Positions 13,600 through 26,109 of a stretch of 64,000 nt of DNA are shown in pieces. Below the pieces are notes generated by a model, which saw only the letters and a program-made list of their open reading frames with translations, did not search any database and was not told the DNA's origin. Positions within the stretch are counted from its first letter, which is position 1. Every line of letters starts with the position of its first letter. The translations under genes and the position numbers were made by a program. Origin of the DNA: Vicugna vicugna. Taxonomy: Eukaryota. The DNA lies in contig MU058423.1 in the NCBI GenBank assembly GCA_013265495.1, positions 5,068,793 through 5,132,792 on the forward strand, written 5' to 3'.

Positions 13600-14780
13600 T
13601 TTTCCATTTGGTGCAAATGATATTCCTGGATAGATCTTTCTAGTATTAATATTATTAAAAAGAGAAGGAGAAAGATTTCATTTTTAGCTTATGAAAAGAC
13701 TCCACAATGGCAAAAAAAAAAGAAAACAAATATGGTAATACAATTCAAGAATAAGAAAAAAAGGAAGCTTTGAAAAAAATATTGCTGCGAGAAGAAAAGA
13801 ATAAATGTTAGAAAAGATGTGCGTTTTCAATGTAATTCAATATAACTTGGATTTTCTGTAACAAGAGATGAAACGTGGAATGATAAGACAAAAGACATAT
13901 GACAAAAGTTCTCGCTGAGAGTCAGACTGAAATAAAACAGGGATGGATGAGATAGGAAATATTGAGATTAAATTAAATGTAGCATCAGGGAGAAAAATCT
14001 CATACTTTAGGAAAAGGAAATAACAGAGCAGATACTGTAGAAAGTGATGTTTAGAAAAGATACTAGAGCGAATGGGGCAAAAGGTTGAAAATAACAAGCA
14101 GAGAGGGTATGCATGGACCACCAAGGACAGAATTAAACCTGGAGGTAACTGCTGCTCCCTAGAGAGATCTCAGAACACAGAAAGCTAGAGTAAAATGTAC
14201 AACAGACAAAAGTCAAAGCATGTCACATGTCTGCAGATTGAAAGGGTTCAACAGGGTTCCAGGGAAGATGGAAGTATACCAATGTCTACAGAAATTATGG
14301 TGACTTTAAATTTCAAAAATGCTGAAATAATTCTACAAAAATCTAAGTAGAAAATTTTAAATATAAAAAGGGAAAAAAAAACCCTGTAGCATATCAGTTT
14401 ATCACAAAGGAAGAAAACTATGGCTTCTTTTAATATTCTTGCCTGTAATATTAAATGAAGAAAGATCCTAAAACAATAATTCATCCACATCGTTTTGAGG
14501 AAAATATTCGTAACCCAAGAATTTCATTCTTTGACTACTTCCCAAGTGAATACAAGGAATGAAAGAGCATTAGGTCCTATCATGCTTGTATCCAACTTAA
14601 ATGTGTATACATATATATATATATATATATATAAAGTGTAAGCCTTAAGGATGATTGATTTAAAGCCTTAAAAAGGCAAGTTAGAGTATAAGACATTTGT
14701 TTGGGGATGGCTTCAAATCATCTATAAACATAATTAAAACAAAGTATTAAAAATATTATTTCAAAACACAATACAAATGT
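13600..14780 (+). mobile_element. Degraded L1/HAL1 ORF1-region fragment (contains a (TA)n at ~14611-14633)
   Basis: Very A-rich; TGCAGATTGAAAGGGTTCAACAGGGTTCCAGG and AAATAATTCTACAAAAATCTAAG resemble the L1 ORF1 C-terminal region. Confidence 0.45.
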
Positions 14781-15280
14781 CCTCTATTCTCTCTAACTCG
14801 TTACCAATTTTTTTCTCCATATAAGCCTCTGTTGAACCCTGATCTCCCCTGAAAACACATCATCTGCTGGTGTTCATTCTAGTGAAGGCTGCTTGTCTTC
14901 CAATAGAGAGAATATCCCACTGTCATTTAAAGATCATCTTTAAGAATCTTTCTTATTTCTCAAGTGCCTCCTCTAGTCCACTGCTCTTGAACCTGCCTAT
15001 AATGCCCCCAAACTAATATTACGATGACGTCAGAAACAATTACCTCCTATTTCAGACATTGGCACCTGTTTCCACCGTCTTCTTCGTCTCCAGTCTTGCT
15101 GTTGTCTGGGCGGCTTAATACTCTATAATGATGACTCAGCGTATATCCTAGCCTCTCAAATCTTTCGGCTTCCTCATCTAGAGGGGTTTTTACCAGTATT
15201 TTTCTTCTGTCATATGAACACTCGCTGCTCTAACTTTGAAAAAACAAGTATCCGTGCTTAGATCACAATATGTTATGATT
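14780..15280 (+). mobile_element. L2 ORF2-region fragment
   Basis: Pyrimidine-rich; TGTTGAACCCTGATCTCCCCTGAAAACAC resembles the L2 endonuclease region. Confidence 0.4.
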
Positions 15281-15289
15281 TTACATCCT

Positions 15290-15540
15290 TCAAATTTGCC
15301 AAATTTTGGCAGGGACGTAAAGTTACGAAAGTTCTCAGAATGTTAGGAAAAGGGTAAAATGGTTCAAGCACTTCAAATTATATGAAACTGTGGCAATCCA
15401 ACTCAAGTGTATGCACTGGGGAAAGCTTTTCACATGTGCCCCCCCAAAATAGCTACATTGCTTATTTTTCATTAAAATATATCTTGGGAATAGCCCAAAT
15501 GTCCATCATAGGAGATTGCTAAATTTGTTGTGGTATTATG
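15290..15540 (+). mobile_element. Ancient L1 3' fragment
   Basis: TTGGGAATAGCCCAAATGTCCATCATAGGAGATTGCTAAATTTGTTGTGGTAT resembles the L1 ORF2 end. Confidence 0.55.
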
Positions 15541-15879
15541 CTGGACAACTGAATTTTTAAGGTAATTGTCCACAGTTTCCCAGTTTTTCTGTAACACATT
15601 ATATGTTACATGTCTTCTGGTTTCTTGCTATGTTTAACCACCTAGAAGGACTGGTGGATGATTTGAGAGTATGAAGAAGCTTTCTCTAAACCAAAATATT
15701 TATTCTCCATGTGCTTCCTGTGGTAACTAAATAGAGGTTATCTCTATTCCATAGCTCAGTCTCTTTCTTTGGTCTCAGTTCTGCATGGCAGTCCCAACTA
15801 AGACTCTGTAACACATGATAGTACTAACCCTTCCCATTATCTCTCCATCCCCCAGAGCTGCAGTGGCTGCTGCCAAGGC

Positions 15880-18800
15880 CCAAAACATATTGCAAAATTA
15901 CTACATAAGTTGTAAAATGTTATGATTAGGATATTACTTGGGGTGGAGCAGGGCCCCAATACTTGGAACATAGACATTTGGGAAGAACTGGATGAAGCTA
16001 AGAATCTGCCCCCCCCCCAATTTCCTTTTAATCTTCCTCATCAGCAAAAATAATCCTCCTTTATCACTGTCTTTGGAGACTAGCCTGAAAGACTCTGTAA
16101 TCATCTGACCAGAGACAGCTGGTTTCTGAGAAAGTGTTTGTTCTCCTAAAGATTTGCTTTGACATTGTTAGTTTTTATTGTCAGGTACCTGAGAATATAT
16201 GTGGAAATGAATTCTTCTTAGGGCTTTAGTCTCATGAGGATAAATTGTAACATTGGATCAGATCAAATTTACTCATATGAGAGCATTTATTTGATATTTT
16301 TGGATTTAATGCACTAGCCTCAAGATGCTGGGAGTGATCTTGGTTGGCTGATTGATACCTGGACCTAACAGTGGTTTATATTCAATTAGGTTGACTTGCC
16401 AGAACATTCCTGACATAAAATGAAGAGAAGAATTAAAATACTGAAGAAAATGAAAATGTTGGAGTGGGTTATTATATGCCATTGCTCATCCTAACCTGAA
16501 CCGTGTCTCATGCGAGGACTTAGAAGTCACCTTATTCACAAAGGCAATGAGAAAGTGCATGACAGAACCAATTTTCTCAACAAGTTATTTCAGTGGCTGT
16601 GTTGACAATAGATGTTGCCAATGATATGAGCTCCAACAACCTCACTAATTCTTTCATGTAGATGTTAGGAATTAGTTGGAAAAGAGTGGGACTCTCAGAT
16701 TTGCGATGGGAACTTGAAAGATAATTTTCTTTTTAAATAACAGCTCTTTTATTGGATCTTCATAGAATCTGAATATTTAGCTACTGAATCACAAGTGATG
16801 ATGCAACTTATGCTGCCTGTGTAAACTAAGCACTCTGTGATTTGCCATGCCATATGGGGTGCACACAGAAGCAATCCCTTATTAAGCAGAAGTATTATAT
16901 ATGAGATAGTACTTGAATAGGTTCTGAATGTATAAATAAATTTTATTGGTAAGTAATTCAAGCTTCAATAACACCTACCCCATACTAATTTCGGTGCCTT
17001 CTTGGGAAATTCTTTATGATCAATCGATGGAGGAAGAAAAATATCTCAGATCTGGTTTACAGATGGATATGCTGGCACCAGAAAGCAGTGGTCTAAAATT
17101 ATATTACAACTCTATTCAGGGGTGGTCCTAAATGAAAGACAGTGGTAAACAGAATTGGTTACAGTGAGCAATACTTCAGGCAGTTTATCTAGTATATCTG
17201 ATTGTGTGCTTTGCTTGGAAGAAGTGATACCCGGAGGAACAGATCTTCATGGATTCATGGGCAGGGTCAATTTGCTGACTGATCAGGAGCTTTAGATAAA
17301 CAAGGTTTGGTGATAAGAAAGTATTTTTAAAAAGTCATGCGGATTGACTTCTCTGAATGAGCATTTTCTATGAGTATAATTTTCCCCTATTAGTACTCAC
17401 CAAAAAGTATACTGAAAATGAGTTTTTCCTTAACAAGGTAGACAAAATGAGCCATTTTCTGGATGTCAATCACCTTCATTCTTTATTTGTCTGCAAAGTG
17501 GTCATGGTGAAAAATGCAAGCTATGCATAGGATCAGTTACAGAGCTCCCCAGCCCTCAAGATGTTCTCACCACTCATACCGAAGCACCAAAGCTGCTAAA
17601 ATCAAAGGCCGCTGCTGAGCCCCCAAGTCCTCTCTAAAGACATTAGTCGTGCTCTTGGTGAAAAATCATGGAGGGGAGCGGGGATATGGATTTGGTTTCT
17701 CTTCCTGTAATGCTTCTGCAGTATCCTTATTCTTGATTTTAGGAAGCCATTTACTATCCTGATACCATAAATTACATTGCTCGAGCCAAAGAATACATTT
17801 CTAAAAACAAAGAAATAAGATCAAAAATCAAAAACACCCCAATGATCACGGATCACGGACTTCACTCATCCTATCAATTTACCATCAGCTAGCCTGATGT
17901 AATTGTGGAATCGTTTATTGAAGGTTTAGTTACGGCACCTGCTGAAAGAAAAATATCCAGGGAAGCTGGGGCACTGTCCCATACAATAAGGTACACGCTC
18001 TGAAACAATCACAATTACAGTGTTATTTCTTCCGGAGCAGAATACACAGGTCTGAGGCCTGACGAGTGGAGTGCAAGTGATCTCTTTTACTATATCATGT
18101 AACTAACTATTAGCTTGCAAAACTTTTGTTTTCTATTCCCACAACCTTGGCCTCTTTTTGTCTTGGATTCTTAGGTCTTAATGGAGAAAAACTTTCAAAA
18201 CAGGATATAGCATTGGTCTGCTAATTTTTAGTTGAGACTGCCAACAGGCTTCTTTTGCCTTTGAACCCACAGATAGAACAGGGTGACTGATTCCAAATAC
18301 CAGGTGGAAATAAGTCTTCTGGTACTCAGTGGACGCAGGGAAAACTAAATGCTTTACTGGGCCCTCCTTGGTATTTCTATGATAAATGGTAGATGCCAAC
18401 AGAAAAATACGGTAATCCAATAAATACAAAATCAAAAGGACTCAGACTCTTTTGAAAATGATTTAAATCACTCCATCAAGTAGAGAATCGTAACCTGCTG
18501 AGAAGTTAGCTGTGGGCAATGGAAAATGGTGTAGGTGCAAAAGAAAGGAAGTGATATATCAAAGACAGCCTTTTGATTATTTGCAAAATGTAGGCTGCAT
18601 TATCAGTGAACATTTCTGTTATGTGTATACATCAAACAAAAATTTTATCTATCTGTTTGTGTGTATGTTTAGTTAAATATTCCTCTTCCCTCCCCATTTA
18701 GAATGGGGATTTCTAGTGAGGCTTAACTTTACTTTCAAAGATCCCCAGAAAATCACTAGAAGCCACACACATAACTGACAAGGAAGAATGCATATTGCTT

Positions 18801-18940
18801 GGACCTGGAATTGAAAAGACTACTTTTTGCAGAGATAAAATGCCTCCAACTATAGTGGATATTACCTTACACTAGTCAAAAGCATAAAGCTGTGTGGTTG
18901 AAGGATTAAAATTGATGCCAAGTAGAAAAAGAAGAAACAT
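15880..18940 (+). mobile_element. ERVL (class III ERV) internal region, heavily decayed: gag plus RNase H, integrase and dUTPase-region remnants
   Basis: gag-like GAGAATATATGTGGAAATGAATT...TTGGATCAGATCAAATTTACTCATATG (16.2 kb); RNase H-like TATGATCAATCGATGGAGGAAGAAAA...TGGTTTACAGATGG (ORF 16946-17131, YDQSMEEEK); terminal GATGCCAAGTAGAAAAAG at ~18915 resembles the ERVL pre-PPT end. Confidence 0.8.
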
Positions 18941-18944
18941 CTGG

Positions 18945-19160
18945 TATGAATACATATTTTTAAAAGCAAGAAAATAATAAAGTAAAAAATTCAGAAAATA
19001 TTCAGCTGTAGAGGGTATGAGGATGGGATAAGAAACAAAAACATGAGTTTATTCAATAATTCTGGTGATGTTCTAATTCTTTGGTTGGATTTTGGAATTA
19101 TTAGGGTTCATTGTATTACCATGCTTTATAACTTCCTTGTATACCATGTACATTCTATTA
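18945..19160 (+). mobile_element. Ancient L1 3' terminus fragment (L1ME3-like)
   Basis: TTCTGGTGATGTTCTAATTCTT...GGGTTCATTGTATTACCATGCTTTATAAC. Confidence 0.5.
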
Positions 19161-19600
19161 TGTGCACCCAAAATTCACTCCTTGGCTATATATAACCTCT
19201 TATCTTTCCTAGTATTTTTTTAACTTATTCTTATATGTCCTTGACATCATATGAATCATCATTTTCTAGGCCCTTTACTCTCTCCTTCTCATTTGACTTC
19301 CTTCTATCTTCAACTTCTTTATCCAATGTATTACATTCTTCTTGATTTCACCATCTTTTTATCAATATTGTCTATTTTTTTCTCTGATTTTAATTTTGCT
19401 CTAACTGAAGTGATCATTACATGCTGACTCCCCACCCTCACTTTGTGACTGTCTTCCCAATCGCAATGAAACATCACCATCCACATCACTCTTCTTAACC
19501 TTTCAGTTTTCGCCATCTTTGCATTCATAACACTGGTTTAGCTCTCCAACATATCCTGTCTAGATAACTGACACATTTCTCTAACACAACACGCACTTCT
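19160..19600 (+). mobile_element. L2 fragment
   Basis: Pyrimidine-rich; TCTTCCCAATCGCAATGAAACATCACCATCCAC resembles L2 ORF2. Confidence 0.4.
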
Positions 19601-19689
19601 AGAGTAAAATTTCATGCTTCAAGATATATTCAAAGAAATCTTTCAAAAGTTTGCTTGTAAGTTTTTTAATATTCTTTTATGGCATCTTA

Positions 19690-20085
19690 TTATTATAAGA
19701 AAATTGTAATGGAATACTATGCAATAATTTAAAATGTTTAAAAACTATGAAAAATATTGGAAAATATTCAGAATATATTTGCAATCAAATGCATGTCACA
19801 AAGAGTTTATATAGCTTGATTTTAGTTTTGTAAAAAATAATGTTTATATGCACATATCCATCAATCAGTCTATCCCTATCTAGGTCTACTTTTCTTTCTT
19901 TCAAAACATCTATCACCTCTCTACCCACACATGTAAAAGAAAATACTCTGGAGAAAAACATCAAAATTTTAAGAGTGTTCCTCCCTGAATTAGGGAGTTA
20001 CGAGCAATTTTTCCTTCTTGTTTACATGTTCCTAAATTTTCCAAATTATCTACGATTTATGTCTGTGCTTTCCATTTTTTAAAGT
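19690..20085 (+). mobile_element. L1ME4a-like 3' end
   Basis: AATGGAATACTATGCAATAATTTAAAA and AAAACATCAAAATTTTAAGAGTGTTCCTCCCTG...TTTTCCAAATTATCTAC. Confidence 0.6.
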
Positions 20086-20409
20086 ATGTTTCCATTGACA
20101 TAATAAGAAAACTAAGTTAAGTAGAAAAATAATATATGGTTTCCCCTTTTAACCTCCTAGTTGATAATGAATTGTCCTACTTTTCTTTAAAAATAATGGA
20201 AAAACAGAAAAATATACCAATATTAGATCCTATGAGATTCTGTCTGATTTAATCCCTGCTCCTTTGTACGAAGTAAATGTCAGCTAACTTCACTTTGCCA
20301 GATGTGAGGCATTTCTCCGTGAATGTTTGCTCATTTGACAATGTTAGCTCTGGCTTAAGTCAAATGTTACTTATAGGGGGAGGGGAAAACACTGATATTT
20401 AAAGCTCAC

Positions 20410-20420
20410 ATATATATATG

Positions 20421-20457
<37 letters not shown>
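20410..20457. repeat. (TA)n/(CA)n microsatellite
   Basis: Directly visible. Confidence 0.95.
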
Positions 20458-20460
<3 letters not shown>

Positions 20461-21434
20461 TTTTCTCTGTATCTGTTTAGATCATACCCAGTACTTGCTT
20501 TCCTGATTCCTCTCCAAATAGAATTTTGAGAGTCTTCTGTGCAAATTATTCTCTATAGCTCCTACCATGGAATTTGTGGTGATGGTCACCACAGTATGGT
20601 AGTGTGAACAAACACCAGAGTTCTAGACTACAGTGTAATGATCACTACTTAAGAGATTAGAACACTAGATTTGAATGTTCTCCTTCTCACATCTCTGCAC
20701 CACTCTCACTCTGCCCCATGCAGCAAACGTTAAAAAATGTCCCATGGATAAGTGGAGCTTCCAGAATTCTTTTGATTGGTATACTTAGTAAAAGATGTTG
20801 TTCTAATGTTCCTATGTGTTTCAACCACACCCATGCTGACCCCTCCTTTCCAGCACATATTCAGTTCAAGTACATACTCTGTGCCAGACACTATTATTGT
20901 TCCCCAACAAATCATGCTCAATAGGCAAGAACTCAAGCCCTCAAGGAGTGCGCTCATTCGGGTCTTCTTAAAATAATACCACTGACATATCTAGAGTAAT
21001 AACTTTACATTTATGCCTATATAGTCATTATTAAGTCTTGCATGGCATACAATTCATGAAAAAAATTATTTCTTTCTTCTTCCTTAAAAATTTTTAAAGA
21101 AGATTTAAGATGGCCACTTCAAGTTGTTTTTCATGAGAAGAAAGAAAATCTACATTTACGTTGTACCTACTCTTTTCTAAGCTTTAACATAATTTCCAAA
21201 AGAATACTTTAAGCTGAGTAGTATAAATCATATTTGCATTTGAGAAAGATGTGTGCCTGTATAGCCGAAGAACTCCTATCACCATAAGGAAAATTTGGGT
21301 ATCCATCATCTTAATTTATGGTCCTACACACAGCTTTAAGGTACTAGAGAAAGTGAGGTTGAAATTAAAACTGAAACAGAGGCTTTGTACAGGCAATAGT
21401 ATCCTGTTCACTGGTTGAAAGGGCAATCAAATAT

Positions 21435-21620
21435 GCACTTTGAGGCCAGACATGCTTGGGTTTGAATATTTTCTTTGTCACTTACTAGTGCTATAACCTC
21501 TGATAAGTTATTAGGACAATAATCATCACCTTATAGGATTTTTAAAAGTATTAAATGAGATCATATATATGTGTAAAGTTACTACCATGTAAAAATAAAT
21601 GAACTCAATAAATGATAGAT
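21435..21620 (+). mobile_element. MIR SINE (internally deleted)
   Basis: CCAGACATGCTTGGGTTTGAAT...TCACTTACTAG...ATTAAATGAGATCAT...CTCAATAAATG. Confidence 0.75.
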
Positions 21621-22594
21621 TCTTTTTTTTTACCTTTATAAATAGTGCAGGCAATTAAGAGGAGTTTAATGTTTAAGAGAATGGCAATTAGAACCCTTTA
21701 TGGGCTGAAAGTATCCACCACTGTGATACTTTGGTGTCCTAATTTATAAACCCCTTTGCTCTTAGAGATGGTGAAAGGATTGAATGAGCTTTGATTTATA
21801 AAGAAGCGTGTCTGGAGTGTAGTTAATAGCAATTATTATTATTTTATTTAATGAACAAAAGGAGCCCTCTCTACCAGAGGTAACCTCTGTGTAGCTGCTA
21901 TGTTTGTGAACTTGGAAACATGTAAGGAAACAATACACTTTCCAATCCCTTTGCAAAAGCAGATTAAGAAGTAAAAACATTTGTATATGATCATCTCCCT
22001 CTGTTAAATCCTAATACTTCTTCTCACTTGGGGAACTCATGATCGAACCAGAGTATCCTGTAATTACACACCGGGAATTAATTTTTTCTGGGACAAAAAT
22101 AATAGCATAACCAAAATCTGAAAAAAAGAAGTCATTACTTTTTTTAGTCATCAGCACAATATGTCCTCCCCATCCTGGAGTTTCCATAGTTGTGCCCAAA
22201 ACAATTCAATTTATTTTATTTCAGTTCAGTATTAGCCCAGTCATTTCTCACTCTTTTGTTTCCATCTCTTCTCGCTACCCCTTTTACTCACAGGGAGGTA
22301 ATTTCTCAAGAATTCCTTAAGCATTGTTTTTTACCTGAGAGTTATATTTCTGCCCACCTCTGGAAGTTTACTTTATAGCCTCTGATAAGTTATAACCTCT
22401 GATAGTCTTCCATAGTAAATCCTGAGCTACATAATTTTTCCAGGTATCTTATTTTGTATTTGACAAATCCTTAAGAAAATATCTTGATGTTATTATTATT
22501 GTAGATACCATTGGAAAAATATCTCTGTAATATTATTTCTTTCCTAGCCTTATTTTGAAAGTAAGAATTTGCAGGAACACTGTGGAAAGGTAAT

Positions 22595-22725
22595 AAATGT
22601 ATATGTTATGTGTTACGTGTATGTTATATATGTGTATGTGTGTGAATATAATATATAATATAAATAAAATAGTATATGTAATATAATTTATAATATAATA
22701 TAACATAATATGATATAATATAAGA
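22595..22725. repeat. AT-rich low-complexity / (TA)-like tract
   Basis: Directly visible. Confidence 0.85.
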
Positions 22726-22788
22726 TTGAACCAATTATTTTTGAAATTGTTTTTATCTTTTTCCCTGCCCTTTAAAGGCCACTTTATT

Positions 22789-22882
22789 GGAGGTGGGTAT
22801 AGCTCAGTGGTAGAGTGCATGCCTAGTGTGCATGAGGTCCTGGGTTCAATCCTCAATACCACCATTAAAACAAATTAAAAAG
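22789..22882 (+). mobile_element. tRNA-Ala-derived SINE (camelid vic-1-like), short-tail copy
   Basis: A box TAGCTCAGTGG, B box GGTTCAATCC and an A-rich tail; 16-bp TSD TAAAGGCCACTTTATT (22773-22788) / TAAAGGCTGCTTTACT (22883-22898). Confidence 0.9.
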
Positions 22883-24920
22883 TAAAGGCTGCTTTACTAG
22901 TTAAATATATTTTCTAGGTAACAATATATATACACTTTCAGGAATAGATATGGATGATGGAATTTGCAATGCCTTAAACGTGGATACTAGTTGTGAACAC
23001 TCATATGTATACATGTGTGCACACCTACAGATATCCATTTTTACTGTGCATTCCCAACTCCAACCTCATACCCATCCATGCCAAACTCTCAGCTGTACAG
23101 GGAGAGAGGGATGACACTGCTGATTGAAGCCTTGGTGACAGACAGAAGCACAGCACTCTGAGGACTTCAGGAAAGCTTTTTACTCAACTCTCCTCCTTCA
23201 GGACTTTACATTTTCTATTTCATCTATGGGATTGAGTTTAGTGACAAGCACACATTGAAAGTCTGTGAGAAATGCCATGGGAGCTGCTTAACAGCATTCA
23301 GATGAGGAGATGGCATTTAAGTCCCCAGCATCAGGCCTGCCTCTTTCACATTAGAAATCTTAATCAGGTGAACTCACAGGGTAGTTGGGAACGGGTCCAT
23401 CTGCATATCTATTTTCACCAGTATAAGAGGTATCCTATTTTTGAATCAAGCCTAAAGGTTAGACACCTGAATAATTTTCATTTAATTGGCATGCCTAAGG
23501 TAGTAAAATGGCTTTTTTTGAAACAATATGTAGAACTTTAATTTTTCTACAATTATTCCACTACATAGACCCATTTTATAAATTATATTTTTGCTATAGC
23601 CCTCTACTCTGAGATTCTGGTCATTTTGCTCTACATTAAATGGCCAGCATGTTTCAAATTATACTATTGTAGTATTTGTTTGGCATTTTATGAGAGAAAC
23701 ATTAAGCAGTTGACAATGATCTGTAATCAACAGCCAAGCTGCTTTATAATTAATACCCTGTGCTTGAAATGGGTACAGACTTGATTGTAAATTATATGTA
23801 ATTTAATTGAAATGCTGCAGTAATCCTTCCACCATTATATATTTCTAGAATTCCAAATTTACCTCAGATGCATGATGTTACGAGAATGCAGATATTTTCT
23901 CCTTCACTCAGTGGTAAATAACTCATTCAGTGGTGTGAAATTAGCAAAGGTATGAGAAATGAATAAAAAAGCAAATGACTGAATTGGAAAAGTAATAAAA
24001 TGTAATCACTGAACCCGTGAAGTAAGGTACTTGGCAATGTTAGCACTTTGAATTATTGTTAAAATATAAAATAATTACATTTTGCATGATATTTTAAAAT
24101 TCACATAAAACAACTGATTTAAATTTGAAATATTTGCAGTACAAAGAATTAACCTCACCCTCTAGACAAGATGTTTAAGGTTAAATATAATAGAAACATA
24201 AATCTTCTGTAAGTCTTATTAAAGGGGAAATATCTGGAGTATCTAAGTTAGATTTCTTTCAACCAAAAACTCCCATTCTGAAATGCTAGCATTCTGACAT
24301 GGTGACAAATTGCTTGAACAAATGCTAAATAGTTAAATGGACAGGTGACGGATGGCCTCATAAGCCTTGCAGGGCAGCCTGTGTAAGATACTAATTGGTT
24401 CTGTGGAACTGGTTTTAGTCAATAAATTCACTTGAGAGATTTTTTTGTGTTAGATATTCTTAAAGAATGCAGTCCTGTAAGTGACAAAATACTTGCAAGA
24501 TATTAGGCCACCAACAACTTTATTACACCCGCTTTTCTTAAATCTAGCCTATATTCAAAAGCTAAATATTTATTATTAATACCCAATAGTGAGATTATTT
24601 ATGGGTTCTCAATTTTACTATTTGACTTTTGAGACTACCTATTTTTCTCACTCCAAAAGATTCATTAATTTTTCTTCTTCCAGGAAGCAATCCAACTTGA
24701 GCTTTTCAAATAAAACGTAAGTAAGAAGGCTTTTTTTCCCCCTTCAATTTTCCTATGGGATCAGAATACAAAGAGTACTTGTTCCTTTCAATATATGTAA
24801 AATATTAGCCGATCTGACATTTTTAGGACAAGTTGATTCTCTTTTCCTCTTCTCTAAAAAATAATAAAATTGTATAATATTTATAAAATTTATTTTCAAA
24901 TTTTGAGAATCTTGTTTAGC

Positions 24921-25000
24921 GGAAGGAAGGAAGAAAGAGAGTAAGAAGGAAGAAGGGAGAAAGGAAGGAAGGAGGGAGGAAGAAAAGAGGGAGAAAAGGA
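24921..25000. repeat. GA-rich polypurine low-complexity tract
   Basis: (GGAA)-like repeats directly visible. Confidence 0.9.
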
Positions 25001-25364
25001 TTAGTTTCCAGTTAACTGTGTCCTTAGGAAGTCACAAAGAAACTGACTACACATTTTAGTTTGAGAGAGAAACTCTAACAAACCCATCTGTTTATTCTTC
25101 ACAACAACCCCAGACTTTTCTGTACAATAACAGGGAAGGTCATTTACCGATTCCACTAGTTCACCTGAAAATTGAAGTTCTTTTTAACAACAAGCTATCT
25201 TTCTGTTTTCAAAATATCCCAGAAAACCCCTCCTTCAAGACTGAGCGAGGACTATGAATTGGAGTAATTCCTCTACCCACAAATATCCGGTCTCCAAATA
25301 AAGATGAAGTGAGACGCTCTGGAGAAGACAAGCAAGCAGGCTCTGCAACTGGACTGTCTCAGTT

Positions 25365-25562
25365 AAAACTTAATTCTAGGATTTCCTACTGTGACCTTGA
25401 GCAAGTTACTTGAATCTCTTTGTGCCTCAGTTTTCTCCTCTGTAAAACTGGAATAATATTAGTACTGAATTCATAAATTTGTAATTGATTTAGGTATAAA
25501 TCACATGCTCCGATATCCAGAACATAATAAGCACTCAATAAATTTCAGCTATTATTATTATG
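25365..25562 (+). mobile_element. MIR SINE
   Basis: Core CTGTGACCTTGAGCAAGTTACTTGAATCTCTTTGTGCCTCAGTTTTCTCCTCTGTAAAACTGGAATAATA and terminal GCACTCAATAAAT...TATTATT. Confidence 0.9.
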
Positions 25563-26109
25563 ATTATTATGATGTGTATTCTTTTTCATTTCTTTAAGAA
25601 ACTTAGTTTCATAAACTTTCTGTGAAATGAAGTTTTAACAGGCAGATTTAGGCTTATTATTATCATTATGAAGTAAAAAGAAAAGTAAGTAGGGAACAGA
25701 ATATGTATTAACATATATGTAATTTTAATTGCGTACCTATGAAAACTCATCGCTCTGTTTTAAGGATCCTTCTTTTAGCATGTCCAAGTGTTCTCTCTGT
25801 ATGCATGAGATGCAGCTAAATCTATGTTAGCTAAGAAAAACGCCAAGTTTATCTAGTTAGTTTAGAAATTTCTGATAGCATGTTTAATTAACCTGGTAAT
25901 ACGTTCTCCTGACCTGAATTAACCTGATTGCTGCTTTCATGTTATAAATTTTATTAGGAAATCACAGCTTTTTCTACTTTTCATGAATAGCCTACATCTA
26001 AGCATAACAATAATGCAAACAAAAGAAAATATGCTCATTGAAATAGTCAATCTGAAATAAACAAACAAAACGAATTTAAAAAGTACTGCACAAGTTAATA
26101 CATTTAGCT

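Noticed and set aside
22789..22864. tRNA-Ala gene (also 58433-58510)
   Set aside because: Both have A-rich tails, TSDs, CpG decay and altered stems or anticodon region, so they are SINEs.
22533..22865. 110-aa minus-strand ORF
   Set aside because: Made of an antisense SINE plus an AT-rich low-complexity tract.
7419..24716. A single spliced ORF from the three candidate exons
   Set aside because: Their open frames have incompatible intron phases.
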